This document shows, piece after piece, positions 18,874 through 27,853 of a stretch of DNA of 64,000 nucleotides. Origin of the DNA: an uncultured bacterium. Its GTDB lineage: Bacteria > Chlamydiota > Chlamydiia > Chlamydiales > SM23-39. Position numbers and translations under genes: made by a program. The DNA lies in the NCBI GenBank assembly GCA_964626905.1, contig CAZVHA010000001.1, positions 449,803-513,802 on the forward strand, written 5' to 3'. Positions within the stretch are counted from its first letter, which is position 1. Every line of letters begins with the position of its first letter. Under the pieces are notes generated by a model. It did not search any database and was not told where the DNA came from. It saw only the letters and a list, made by a program, of their open reading frames with translations.

Positions 18874-19688
18874 TAATGGAATTCTTGAGAAAGTTCTTTG
18901 GAGCGCATCGTCGAAGCTAAAAAGACCTCTTGGAACTGCTTTGATAACTCCAGATGATCCATCGTTTTGAGTCCCGCTTCGGTCGTCCCTTTCGGAGTTG
19001 CAATTTTACTGATCAAGGTTTGGATGTCACCCGATTTTAAAACGAGTTTTCCCGCTCCCATAAATGCTTGAGCAGCGAGTTTAAGGGCATCCTCATACGA
19101 GAGTCCTTCTTTTGTTCCGGCTTTGGCGGCAGACTCGATCAGCCGAAAGACGAATGCGGGTCCGCTTCCCGCAATCGCGGAGGAAATATCCATTAGCTCT
19201 TCGGGCACTTGCATCACCTCGCCCATGCAGGAAAAGAGCATTTTTCCAAGACTCTGCAGCTCGGCGCTTGCATTCGGCCCCGGGGAGAGGAGGGTCATCC
19301 CCATGAAAACTTCGGAGGCGATATTGGGGATGGAGCGGAGCAGGGGATTTTTTAAAAATTTTCGATAGTAGGAGTGTTTGACGCCCGCCAAGATGGAAAT
19401 GATCATTTTGGAGGGGTCGAGCTGCAGCGCCTTCAAATCGAGGAGGACTTTTTCTGCTTGCTGAGGTTTGACGCAAAGCAGGAGAAGATCGCTCTTTTCG
19501 GCAAGGGTTTTGAGACTGGTCGAGGTGAGGCCAAATTTGGCCTCATTTTCGCGCATTTTGTGGGCATCTCTTTGGATGAAGTTGATCTTTGATGGGGAGA
19601 CCAATTTTGCAAGCGTAACCATCTTAAATAGAATCTGGGCCATAGACCCAAACCCGATGAAGCCCAAATGGCAATCTGACAGGTGCAT
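18873..19688 (-). CDS. proC: Pyrroline-5-carboxylate reductase
   Basis: GFIGFGSMA, CVKPQ, GSGPAFVF, TPKGTT. Confidence 0.95.
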   Translation of the reverse strand: MHLSDCHLGFIGFGSMAQILFKMVTLAKLVSPSKINFIQRDAHKMRENEAKFGLTSTSLKTLAEKSDLLLLCVKPQQAEKVLLDLKALQLDPSKMIISILAGVKHSYYRKFLKNPLLRSIPNIASEVFMGMTLLSPGPNASAELQSLGKMLFSCMGEVMQVPEELMDISSAIAGSGPAFVFRLIESAAKAGTKEGLSYEDALKLAAQAFMGAGKLVLKSGDIQTLISKIATPKGTTEAGLKTMDHLELSKQFQEVFLASTMRSKELSQEFH

Positions 19689-19716
19689 AAAGTTAAAATA
19701 GGGAAAAATCATTTAA

Positions 19717-19745
19717 TTGCCAAGTTCTGTCCCTTTCCTTACAAT
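19717..19745 (+). promoter_or_regulatory. Sigma66/sigma70-type promoter
   Basis: TTGCCA-17 bp-TACAAT upstream of 19772. Confidence 0.7.
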
Positions 19746-19771
19746 GGCGCTATAGAAAATCCGAGGGGGAA

Positions 19772-22552
19772 TTGCTCAAGTTAATTCATAGGGTATTTGG
19801 CCTTTATCAAGGGGAGGGTCCCCTTGCGATCCGCTTTGCCCGTTTGGCAGTTTTTTGGGCCTTTGGGAGCTCGTGTCTCGACACATTGAGCGATGGCCTC
19901 TTTTTGGAAAAAATTGGGGCGCAAAGTCTCCCTGGGGTCTACCTTTCGATCGCCCTTGGGATGATCGGCGTCTCCTCTTTGGTCCTCTACAGCCTAAGAT
20001 CGATGAGCCCGTACCGCATTTTGATGACTGCCCTCGCCATGGGGGTCCTCTTATGCCTTGTGGGGGCGACCCTCGTTAACGCCTCTCCCCCGATCTGGTT
20101 TTGGTATGCGATCAAGATCACCTCGCGGATGTTTTTTGCTGTGATGATCGCCTGTTCTTGGACCTTTACCGACCAGTATCACGATCTGCAAGATGCCAAG
20201 CGGATTTATTCGCTCTATAGCGCCGCCTATTTTTTAGGGACGATCATATCGGGGGTCGCGATCAATTTATTCCTCGATCGGATCGGTTTTTCAGGGCTCC
20301 TTGCTTTTTCTGCTGCATCGATTGGATTTGCGATGTGGGAGGCCAAGGGGATTGCTCACAAGGGCAAGGCGGTGCATGACGACACGGTGGAAGGGATCTT
20401 TTCAGCCAGCCGCGACTCCTTTGGATCGGTCGTGCGGCTCATCACCCGCTCGAGATTTACGATTTTGCTCCTCCTCATGAGTCTTTTTGTCCAGATCCTC
20501 ATCACGGTGACCGAATTCAACTACATGGAGTCTTTTGGAAGGTTTTTCAAAACGTCGGGCCAGGCGCTTGCACAAGGGGAAATCGCCGAATTTTTAGGAA
20601 AATGCCGAGCGATCATCTCTCTTTGCAACATCGTCTTTGGGGTCTTTTTCTATAGTCGGTTTGTGCGCAGAACGGGGATCAACAATGCCATTTTGATCAC
20701 TCCCCTCTTTTTTGCGGGGCTCTATTCGGGTTGGGTTTTTCAAGATGCGATGGGGTTTGCCATTTTGGCCCTTGTGGCCCTCGACGGGATCCTCTTTACG
20801 GTCGAAGACAATTGCTTTAACCTCCTGTCGAATGCGGTGCCGACGAAGCTGAAATCGAAAGTGAGGATCATCAACGACTCTTTCTTTGAGCCGATTGGGA
20901 TGCTCATCAGCTCGCTTCTCCTCTTTGCCATTTCCGGGGGGAGCCGCTGGCTCGGGCTTATTTTAACCCTTTTCTTCCTCATTTTGGCCCTTGCGATTCG
21001 AACCCTTTATTCCCAAGCGATCATGCTCAATTTGAAGGACAACGCTCTCCATTTTGAAAGGAGATTGAAAGGGTGGCTCGCCTCCCTTTCGAGGCGCGAT
21101 CAAAAAGAGGCCAAAAAAGATATTTTAGAGGCTCTCAGGTCCCCTTCTGAAGAGACGCAACTGCTCGGAATCGAATCGCTTTTACAGCTGGGCGACGGCC
21201 TTCCCCAAATTTTGTCGATTGCCCGCAGATTTAGCACCATCTCCAAAATCCAGTTTTTGCGCCTCTTGGAAAACTCCCCTTTTTCTCAAGAGGCGAGGGT
21301 GATTGAAATGGTCGATAGCTGGACCGATGAAAATGAGTCTCCGGAGCTCGCCAAGTGGGCCTATCTCTACCTTGCGAAAAAGGGGCTCCACCACCCCGAA
21401 AAGGCGGAAGACGATCTGGACGATCCCGATCTCTTTTTAAGGGCAGCGGCCATTTTGACGATGAAAAAATCGCTCGCCAATACGTCGATCGACTACGCCG
21501 CCCTCAACCGGACGATTGCGAGCAAGAAGCTCGATCTGCTCTTAAAATCGGAACGGGTCGATGAGATCAGCATGGGACTCGATATTTTGGCTGAAGAGAA
21601 CACCGTTGAGGCGGCGCAGCGGGCACTCCCCTTCCTCTCTCACGAGGCGATCATCGTCAAAAGGGCCTCTGCCCGCTGCATCGCCAAAATGGCAGACCGG
21701 CGCCTTTCTCGCCACGCGACGCAGCTCATTGAAGAGTGTGAAACAGCCCGAGACAATCTCGTCCGCCTCTCTATTTTGGAGGGGCTCGGGAAAATTGCCG
21801 ACTCGACGACGACGAAAGAAATTTTACTCGCAAGCGTCCATTTTCGCCCCAATGAAAGGCGCAAAACGGAAGAGATCATCGCCCAGATGGGACTCAAGAT
21901 CGTCCCCTTGCTCATCAGTTTAACCAAAGATATCGCCCTTCCCGAAAGGGCTCGGCTCCTCGCAGGAAAAATTTTAGGGAGACTCGCCCTGCCCCAATTG
22001 CAGGCAAATCTGATCGACATCCTCGACATCGAAATCGAAAGGGCCTATTTTTATTTCTACTTTGGCCATACGATCCAGCAGCAATATCCCCTTCACGATC
22101 TCGAAATGCTCCAAAGCGCCCTTTTGAGCGGCTACCAATCAGTGATCGACTTCATCATCCACCTGCTCGGGGCTGCCGGCTCTTTGGAAGACCCCGAAAT
22201 GCTCGTGAGAGCCCTCCATAGTCGCAATGAAAAAGTCCACTCCCACGCCGTTGAGAGCTTGGAAAAGACGTGCGATCTCCGGATTTTCAAGCTGATTGCC
22301 CCTCTTGTCGATGATTTACCTTTGGAGGAAAAAATGGCGGCCTGTCTGAGATGGCAAGGAGATTATCCGAAGTTGAGCCTGTTTGAGTTGCTCGGAAAAC
22401 TGGAGCAATCGCCGACCCTATTTGATCGGATTGTCGCAGTGAAACTCAAAGCTAAGCTGCAAATGCCTAACTGGCGCCAACAATTGAGAGAGCAGATGAA
22501 GCTCTCCGACGAAGCCTTTCACCAATTTGCCTACGAGTTACTAGAAACATGA
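19772..22552 (+). CDS. NTT/TLC (ADP/ATP carrier-like) MFS domain fused to HEAT repeats
   Basis: About 12 TM N-terminal half (LFLEKIGAQSLP, DLQDAKRIYSL) and a helical-repeat C-terminal half; chlamydial CT234-like position. Confidence 0.8.
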   Translation: MLKLIHRVFGLYQGEGPLAIRFARLAVFWAFGSSCLDTLSDGLFLEKIGAQSLPGVYLSIALGMIGVSSLVLYSLRSMSPYRILMTALAMGVLLCLVGATLVNASPPIWFWYAIKITSRMFFAVMIACSWTFTDQYHDLQDAKRIYSLYSAAYFLGTIISGVAINLFLDRIGFSGLLAFSAASIGFAMWEAKGIAHKGKAVHDDTVEGIFSASRDSFGSVVRLITRSRFTILLLLMSLFVQILITVTEFNYMESFGRFFKTSGQALAQGEIAEFLGKCRAIISLCNIVFGVFFYSRFVRRTGINNAILITPLFFAGLYSGWVFQDAMGFAILALVALDGILFTVEDNCFNLLSNAVPTKLKSKVRIINDSFFEPIGMLISSLLLFAISGGSRWLGLILTLFFLILALAIRTLYSQAIMLNLKDNALHFERRLKGWLASLSRRDQKEAKKDILEALRSPSEETQLLGIESLLQLGDGLPQILSIARRFSTISKIQFLRLLENSPFSQEARVIEMVDSWTDENESPELAKWAYLYLAKKGLHHPEKAEDDLDDPDLFLRAAAILTMKKSLANTSIDYAALNRTIASKKLDLLLKSERVDEISMGLDILAEENTVEAAQRALPFLSHEAIIVKRASARCIAKMADRRLSRHATQLIEECETARDNLVRLSILEGLGKIADSTTTKEILLASVHFRPNERRKTEEIIAQMGLKIVPLLISLTKDIALPERARLLAGKILGRLALPQLQANLIDILDIEIERAYFYFYFGHTIQQQYPLHDLEMLQSALLSGYQSVIDFIIHLLGAAGSLEDPEMLVRALHSRNEKVHSHAVESLEKTCDLRIFKLIAPLVDDLPLEEKMAACLRWQGDYPKLSLFELLGKLEQSPTLFDRIVAVKLKAKLQMPNWRQQLREQMKLSDEAFHQFAYELLET

Positions 22553-22986
22553 AAAGTTTGATTGAAAAAGCCTTCTTTTTAAAAAAAATGCGCCTCTTTT
22601 CAGACCTCGATCTGGAGATCCTTTTGGCGATCGCCGAAAAACTGCATGAAGATCAGTACGATAAAGAGGAGCGGGTATTCACTCCCGGCCAAGTGGCAAA
22701 CCGGATCTATTTGATCGTCACGGGGGGAGTCGAAATCTTAGATGCGCAAAGGAGACATTTGACCGATCTCGGACCCAGCGATGCGTTTGGAGATGAGTCG
22801 CTTTTCAATGAACTCCCGAGGGGCTACTTTGCCATCTGCAAAGCAGATACCCTCTTTTTGACCCTCTCGAGAAGCCACCTCCTCTCTCTCATCTCAGAGT
22901 GCCCCTCCGTTGCGGTCACCTTGCTGCAAGCCTATTCTCAGCAGCTCCCCTGCAGATATGCGCATATGGTCGGTGCTGAGCGATGA
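22549..22986 (+). CDS. Cyclic nucleotide-binding domain protein
   Basis: LFSDL, IYLIVTGGV, FGDESLFNELPRGY. Confidence 0.9.
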   Translation: MKSLIEKAFFLKKMRLFSDLDLEILLAIAEKLHEDQYDKEERVFTPGQVANRIYLIVTGGVEILDAQRRHLTDLGPSDAFGDESLFNELPRGYFAICKADTLFLTLSRSHLLSLISECPSVAVTLLQAYSQQLPCRYAHMVGAER

Positions 22987-24266
22987 AAATCCGAACGCGC
23001 ATGCTCCTTTTCCTCTTGCCAACTCTCGTCTTGAGCATCGCCCTCATCTCGACCCTGCTCGCGATCAACTGGTACAAAGAGATTGTCGAGGGGTTTCGGA
23101 CCCGCCTCAAGTCGGCCGTTGTCGCAACAGCCCTGTCGGGCGGCACGTCGAGCGAAGGGCGTGAGCAACTGCGCGATCAGCTCCAGGTCACAGCCCTCTA
23201 TTTTGTCCCGATCCACTCCCCCGAAATTGAGACCATTTCAAAAAAAATTCACATCACTCCGATCTATAAAAGCAAAGAGGGGACAAAAGTGATGACCGGT
23301 TACGCCCCCATTTTTGATCCCAACGGATATCTGATGGGACTCATGGCAGCCGATATCAATGTGAGTCTTATCGATAAAAAATTTCAGGAGAGTCTGCTCC
23401 TCATCCTCCTTTTTGCAGGCCTTACGATCGCCATCGTCGTCGTCACCTTGATTCCGCTCGCCAATAAAATCTCAAAACCGGTCCAAAGATTGAACAACTC
23501 GGCCCTCGCCATCGCGGCGGGGCAATACGGCGAATCGATCCAGGTGAGTGGCCCAAAAGAGATCGTCGAACTTGCAAACACCCTAAACACGATGAGCGAG
23601 TGCCTCCACGAAAACATCAACCGCCTCAAGGAAAATTCTCTTTTGCGTGAACGAATGTACGGCGAATACGAGTGCGCAATGCTTTTGCAACACATGATGC
23701 TCCAAAAAAATATTGACGATTGTAGATCGGATACAATTGCCGCAAAATCGATCACCTTCTTTTCCGAAAGCCCCAAGGGGCTACTGCTCGACTTCCCGAA
23801 AACGGAGAGCCCTACCCTCTTTCAGATCCAAATGATCGAGGCCGAAGAGGAGGGGTTCGAGGGGATGTACCAACTCCTCACCCAATACAAACTCTTTAAA
23901 AATAAAGAATTTCCTTTCATCGGCACCTCGTTGTCGTTCGACCAAACTACCTCCACCCTCCAAATCAAAGGGCCCCATACCCCCTTTTGCTGGTCGCTCG
24001 ACGAGAAGAAATTTTTAGAACCCACGCAAGGGGTTTTGAAGGTCGATTCAGGCGACTACCTTTTCCTCTTCAACCAAGGACTCTCTAATCTCTATAAAGG
24101 ACCCAAAGAGCTCTCAGAGCTCCTCTCCAAAGTGCTTAAGGTTTTTGCCTCTGAAGGGCTGGAGACAACAACGGCCATGCTCCAAAAAGAACTCTCCTTT
24201 GCCACCAAACGGATATCCCTAAAAGAGGATATCCACCTCCTCTGCTTTCAAATACTGAATATATAA
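22983..24266 (+). CDS. Membrane sensor with HAMP and degenerate SpoIIE/PP2C (RsbU-like) domain
   Basis: Two TMs; HAMP ISKPVQRL...EIVELANTLNTM; GDYLFLFNQGL and KEDIHLLCF resemble GD..LYTDG and DDIT. Confidence 0.7.
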   Translation: MKIRTRMLLFLLPTLVLSIALISTLLAINWYKEIVEGFRTRLKSAVVATALSGGTSSEGREQLRDQLQVTALYFVPIHSPEIETISKKIHITPIYKSKEGTKVMTGYAPIFDPNGYLMGLMAADINVSLIDKKFQESLLLILLFAGLTIAIVVVTLIPLANKISKPVQRLNNSALAIAAGQYGESIQVSGPKEIVELANTLNTMSECLHENINRLKENSLLRERMYGEYECAMLLQHMMLQKNIDDCRSDTIAAKSITFFSESPKGLLLDFPKTESPTLFQIQMIEAEEEGFEGMYQLLTQYKLFKNKEFPFIGTSLSFDQTTSTLQIKGPHTPFCWSLDEKKFLEPTQGVLKVDSGDYLFLFNQGLSNLYKGPKELSELLSKVLKVFASEGLETTTAMLQKELSFATKRISLKEDIHLLCFQILNI

Positions 24267-24349
24267 TAAATTTTTTACATACTAAAACATTTAATTAAAA
24301 TATAGAACAGTATATAATTTAGTATATTTAAAAATAAATTGAGGATAAA

Positions 24350-25177
24350 ATGAACCAAATAAATGGGCTTCGTCCGATAAATACAATTGTTTCCCATGGC
24401 CTAGTGAGGGGCGATCTGCAGGAAGTCCCTAAGTGCGGGATCTGTTTTGATACACAAAAAAAAGTGAACTGTATTGGCTCAGATCGAATTGTCTGCCACA
24501 GGGCTCCCCCTTCTGAAAGAAATCCAGAGAATATAATCTATCATCCCTTTCATAAAACCTGCTTAGGCGAGTGGCTTATAACCCCAAATAGCAAAAATAA
24601 ATGCCCAAATTGCCAAACCATTCTTAGTAACGAAAGCATTGAGCAAGAGTTGGCTCTATCCCCAATGGAAAAAGGGGTGCAGATGGCAGAAAATTTACTC
24701 AAATGGGCTGTCAGAGGGGCTTTCTATGGCGCATGGTCGTGGGCAGCCACATACACACTCATAGGCCATCAAACCGATCTAGGAGACTTTTCAAGTAATA
24801 TTATAATCTCAGCGGTGACGAGCTCAATTATATGCCCATTGATAGCAAAAAGTATTGCAGCTAACCCAGACTTTGTGGGTAAGCTTCGTTACGCCGCTAT
24901 TCCAATTGCGGCTATTTTGTGGTCCTTTCCTTCCCAGGAGACAGGAATTTCTTCCCAGGAGACAGGAATTCAAGAGACAAACATTGATGCTCGCCTTGCC
25001 TTACGAAGTCTCGTAAAAGCCGTCCCCCTAATGCTGGGTCGAAGTGGAATGGGGATGGTGATGCCAGAGCTATCCAATTTTGAACGGGAGCTTGACAACT
25101 GGTCTTGGAAAGCAGTCCCAGGCCTGGCCTTGGGCGTTGCTTCGCGTATGCTATTCAAGTGGTGGGGTTCGAGCTAA
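24350..25177 (+). CDS. RING-H2 zinc finger multi-TM protein, paralog 1
   Basis: C29xxC32...C49H50...H65xxH68xxC71xxxW75...C85xxC88, then hydrophobic segments. Confidence 0.85.
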   Translation: MNQINGLRPINTIVSHGLVRGDLQEVPKCGICFDTQKKVNCIGSDRIVCHRAPPSERNPENIIYHPFHKTCLGEWLITPNSKNKCPNCQTILSNESIEQELALSPMEKGVQMAENLLKWAVRGAFYGAWSWAATYTLIGHQTDLGDFSSNIIISAVTSSIICPLIAKSIAANPDFVGKLRYAAIPIAAILWSFPSQETGISSQETGIQETNIDARLALRSLVKAVPLMLGRSGMGMVMPELSNFERELDNWSWKAVPGLALGVASRMLFKWWGSS

Positions 25178-26327
25178 TCTCTAAGACTAAACAGTATATA
25201 ATCTTAAAAACAGATTAAGGATAAAATGAATCAAGTAAATGAGCTTCCGACAAACACAATTGTCCCCTACGACCTAGTGAGGGGCGATCTGCAGGAAGTC
25301 CCGGAGTGCGGGATCTGCCTTGATACACAAAAAAAAGTGAACTGTATTGGCTTAGATCGAATGATCTGCCACAGGGCTCCCCCTTCTGAAAGAAATCCAG
25401 GGAATACACTCTATCATTACTTTCATAAAACCTGCTTAGGCGAGTGGCTTATAACCCCACATAGCGAGAACAAATGCCCAAATTGCGAAACTGTTCTTAG
25501 TAATGAAAGCATTGAGGAGGAGTTATCGCCATCCCTAATGGAAAAAGGGGTGCGGGTGGCAGAAAATTTCCTCAGAAGGGCTGTTAGAGGGGCTTTCTAT
25601 GGCGCATGGTCTTGGGCAGCCGTATACACACTCATGGACCATCATCGAACCGATCTAGGGGACCTCCTCTTACAGGATATTATAAAGTCAGCGGTGCTGA
25701 GCTCAATTGTGTTCCCATTGTTAGGGAGGGATATTAGAGCTAACCCAGCCCTTTTTTTTAAGTCTTCTTGCGCCGCTTTTTCGATTCAGGGTAGTTTGGA
25801 ATATTACCTTTCCTCTTTCCAAGAAACAAACACTACTGCTCGCATATGCTTCCAAACTTTCCTTAGAATCCTCCCCCTAATGCTGAGTCGAGATGTAGTG
25901 GGGATGGCGATCCCAGAAATGTTCGCAACAGCCGAGCTTTTAGAACGGAAGATTGACAACTGGTCTTGGAAAGCGGTTCCAGGCCTGGCCTTGGGCGTTG
26001 CTTCGCGTATGCTATTCAAGTGGTGGGGTTCGAGCTAATCTCTAAGACTAAACAGTATATAATCTTAAAAACAGATTAAGGATAAAATGAATCAAGTAAA
26101 TGAGCTTCCGACAAACACAATTGTCCCCTACGACCTAGTGAGGGGCGATCTGCAGGAAGTCCCGGAGTGCGGGATCTGCCTTGATACACAAAAAAAAGTG
26201 AACTGTATTGGCTTAGATCGAATGATCTGCCACAGGGCTCCCCCTTCTGAAAGAAATCCAGGGAATACACTCTATCATTACTTTCATAAAACCTGCTTAG
26301 GCGAGTGGCTTATAACCCCACATAGCG
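25118..26327 (+). repeat. ~350-bp identical direct repeat (25118-25466 = 25979-26327), period 861 bp
   Basis: Covers a gene 3' end, the intergenic promoter (ACAGTATATAAT) and the next RING-coding start. Confidence 0.9.
25226..26038 (+). CDS. RING-H2 zinc finger multi-TM protein, paralog 2
   Basis: CGIC...HYFHKTCLGEWL...CPNC plus TMs. Confidence 0.85.
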   Translation: MNQVNELPTNTIVPYDLVRGDLQEVPECGICLDTQKKVNCIGLDRMICHRAPPSERNPGNTLYHYFHKTCLGEWLITPHSENKCPNCETVLSNESIEEELSPSLMEKGVRVAENFLRRAVRGAFYGAWSWAAVYTLMDHHRTDLGDLLLQDIIKSAVLSSIVFPLLGRDIRANPALFFKSSCAAFSIQGSLEYYLSSFQETNTTARICFQTFLRILPLMLSRDVVGMAIPEMFATAELLERKIDNWSWKAVPGLALGVASRMLFKWWGSS

Positions 26328-26899
26328 GGAACAAATGCCCAAATTGCGAAACGATTCTTAGTAATGAAAGCATTGCGCAGGAGTTAGCGCTATCCCCAAT
26401 GGAAAAAGGCATAGGGAAAGGGGTGCAGATGGCAGAACATTTACTTAGAAGGGCTGCTAAAGGGGCTTTCTATGGCGCATGGTCGTGGGCAGCCGTATAC
26501 ACACTCATGGGCCATCAAACCGATCTAGGAGACTTCTCAGAGAGTACTATAAGATCAACAACGATGCACTTAACTATGCTCCCATGGTTAGCGAAAGGTT
26601 TGAGAGCTCCCCCAGATCTTTCTTTTCTGCTTTGTTACGTCTCTGTTTTTCCGATTCTGGGTAGTTTGGAGTATTGGCTTAGCCTTTTCCAAAAGACAGA
26701 AAATGCTGTTCGCAACGGTATCTTACAAACTTGCTTTAGCGCCATCCCCCTAATACTGAGTCGAGATGTAATGGAGGCGATAAGACCAGAGCTATCCGAT
26801 TTAGAACAAAAGATTTACAACTGGTCTTGGAAAGCAATCCCAGGCCTGGCCTTAGGCGTTGCTTCGCGTATGCTATCCAAGTGGTGGGGTTCGAGCTAA
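26087..26899 (+). CDS. RING-H2 zinc finger multi-TM protein, paralog 3
   Basis: CGIC...HYFHKTCLGEWL...CPNC plus TMs. Confidence 0.85.
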   Translation: MNQVNELPTNTIVPYDLVRGDLQEVPECGICLDTQKKVNCIGLDRMICHRAPPSERNPGNTLYHYFHKTCLGEWLITPHSGNKCPNCETILSNESIAQELALSPMEKGIGKGVQMAEHLLRRAAKGAFYGAWSWAAVYTLMGHQTDLGDFSESTIRSTTMHLTMLPWLAKGLRAPPDLSFLLCYVSVFPILGSLEYWLSLFQKTENAVRNGILQTCFSAIPLILSRDVMEAIRPELSDLEQKIYNWSWKAIPGLALGVASRMLSKWWGSS

Positions 26900-26913
26900 C
26901 CTCATGGGACATC

Positions 26914-26944
26914 TTTTGTCCCATTAAATATGCATGGGACAAAA
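26914..26944. terminator. Hairpin closing the RING array
   Basis: TTTTGTCCCAT-9-ATGGGACAAAA; no clear U-tract. Confidence 0.4.
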
Positions 26945-27057
26945 CCCCAATTCTTTTCATCCCGAAAAACTATAACTAATAATAATTATTTTACTTCATA
27001 ATTAATCATAAATTAACTATAATGTTAAGGAAAAGGTAAATAATAGGAGATAATAAA

Positions 27058-27537
27058 ATGAATTCAATTAATTACGAAGACGTCACAAGACTATTGAAAG
27101 TAATGGACCGTTCCGTAGCAAAGGAAGCTAAAAACGCCCAAAGAGTAACCCGCCTTACCACAAAGGACAAGGAACCAAAACCATTAGATAAAATCTCTTT
27201 TATTTGTGACAATACATTAAAAGAAGAAATTATCGATAAATCAACTATACTTGAAAGGATTCTCAAGCTGTCCAATAAATATATAAAGAAATACGAAAAC
27301 AAAAACGAAGAGTTTTTAGAGCTAAAGGGGATATTGGACGACAAGCTGAAAGAACTCCGCCTCTTGCGCAACAATGAGACCCTTACTCTTGATGTTGAAG
27401 AAGAAGAAGGTTGTGCTGATAAGATCAGCAAGCGGCTGAATACGACAACAAGCACCCTCTACACGGTTGCTGTATCTATTCTCACGGTCACCGCTTTCGG
27501 TCTCGGCTACCTTGCTAATAGCCCGGCGACAAAATAG
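27058..27537 (+). CDS. Hypothetical coiled-coil protein with C-terminal TM anchor
   Basis: AT-rich ORF with TATAAT and AGGAG upstream; LYTVAVSILTVTAFGLGYLA near the C-terminus. Confidence 0.8.
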   Translation: MNSINYEDVTRLLKVMDRSVAKEAKNAQRVTRLTTKDKEPKPLDKISFICDNTLKEEIIDKSTILERILKLSNKYIKKYENKNEEFLELKGILDDKLKELRLLRNNETLTLDVEEEEGCADKISKRLNTTTSTLYTVAVSILTVTAFGLGYLANSPATK

Positions 27538-27552
27538 TCCCAAAAAAAGAGA

Positions 27553-27575
27553 GCCAGCAAAGGAATTTTGCTGGC
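27553..27575 (-). terminator. Intrinsic terminator after acpP, possibly bidirectional
   Basis: GCCAGCAAA/TTTGCTGGC stem with an adjacent A-run. Confidence 0.6.
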
Positions 27576-27585
27576 CCGATTTTCT

Positions 27586-27825
27586 TTAAGCGTTCACTTT
27601 TCTCTTTTCGATGTAGTCGACCACGTCTCCCACAGTCTTGAGTTTTTCCGCATCTTCTTCAGAGATCTCAAAACCGAAACGCTCTTCAAAAGTCATGATT
27701 AGCTCAGTCAAATCGAGAGAATCGGCATTCAGATCCTCCACAAACGACTTTTGGAGCGTTACGTCGACGACATCAACACCTAACTGTTCGACGATGATGT
27801 CAATCACTTCTTTTTGTATTGTCAT
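27586..27825 (-). CDS. acpP: Acyl carrier protein
   Basis: DLNADSLD. Confidence 0.97.
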   Translation of the reverse strand: MTIQKEVIDIIVEQLGVDVVDVTLQKSFVEDLNADSLDLTELIMTFEERFGFEISEEDAEKLKTVGDVVDYIEKRKVNA

Positions 27826-27853
27826 AATTTCCCTTTAAGGTTTTCCAAAAAAT

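Noticed and set aside
24350-26899. Diversity-generating retroelement behind the RING variation
   Set aside because: No reverse transcriptase in the window; differences are not adenine-restricted and include indels
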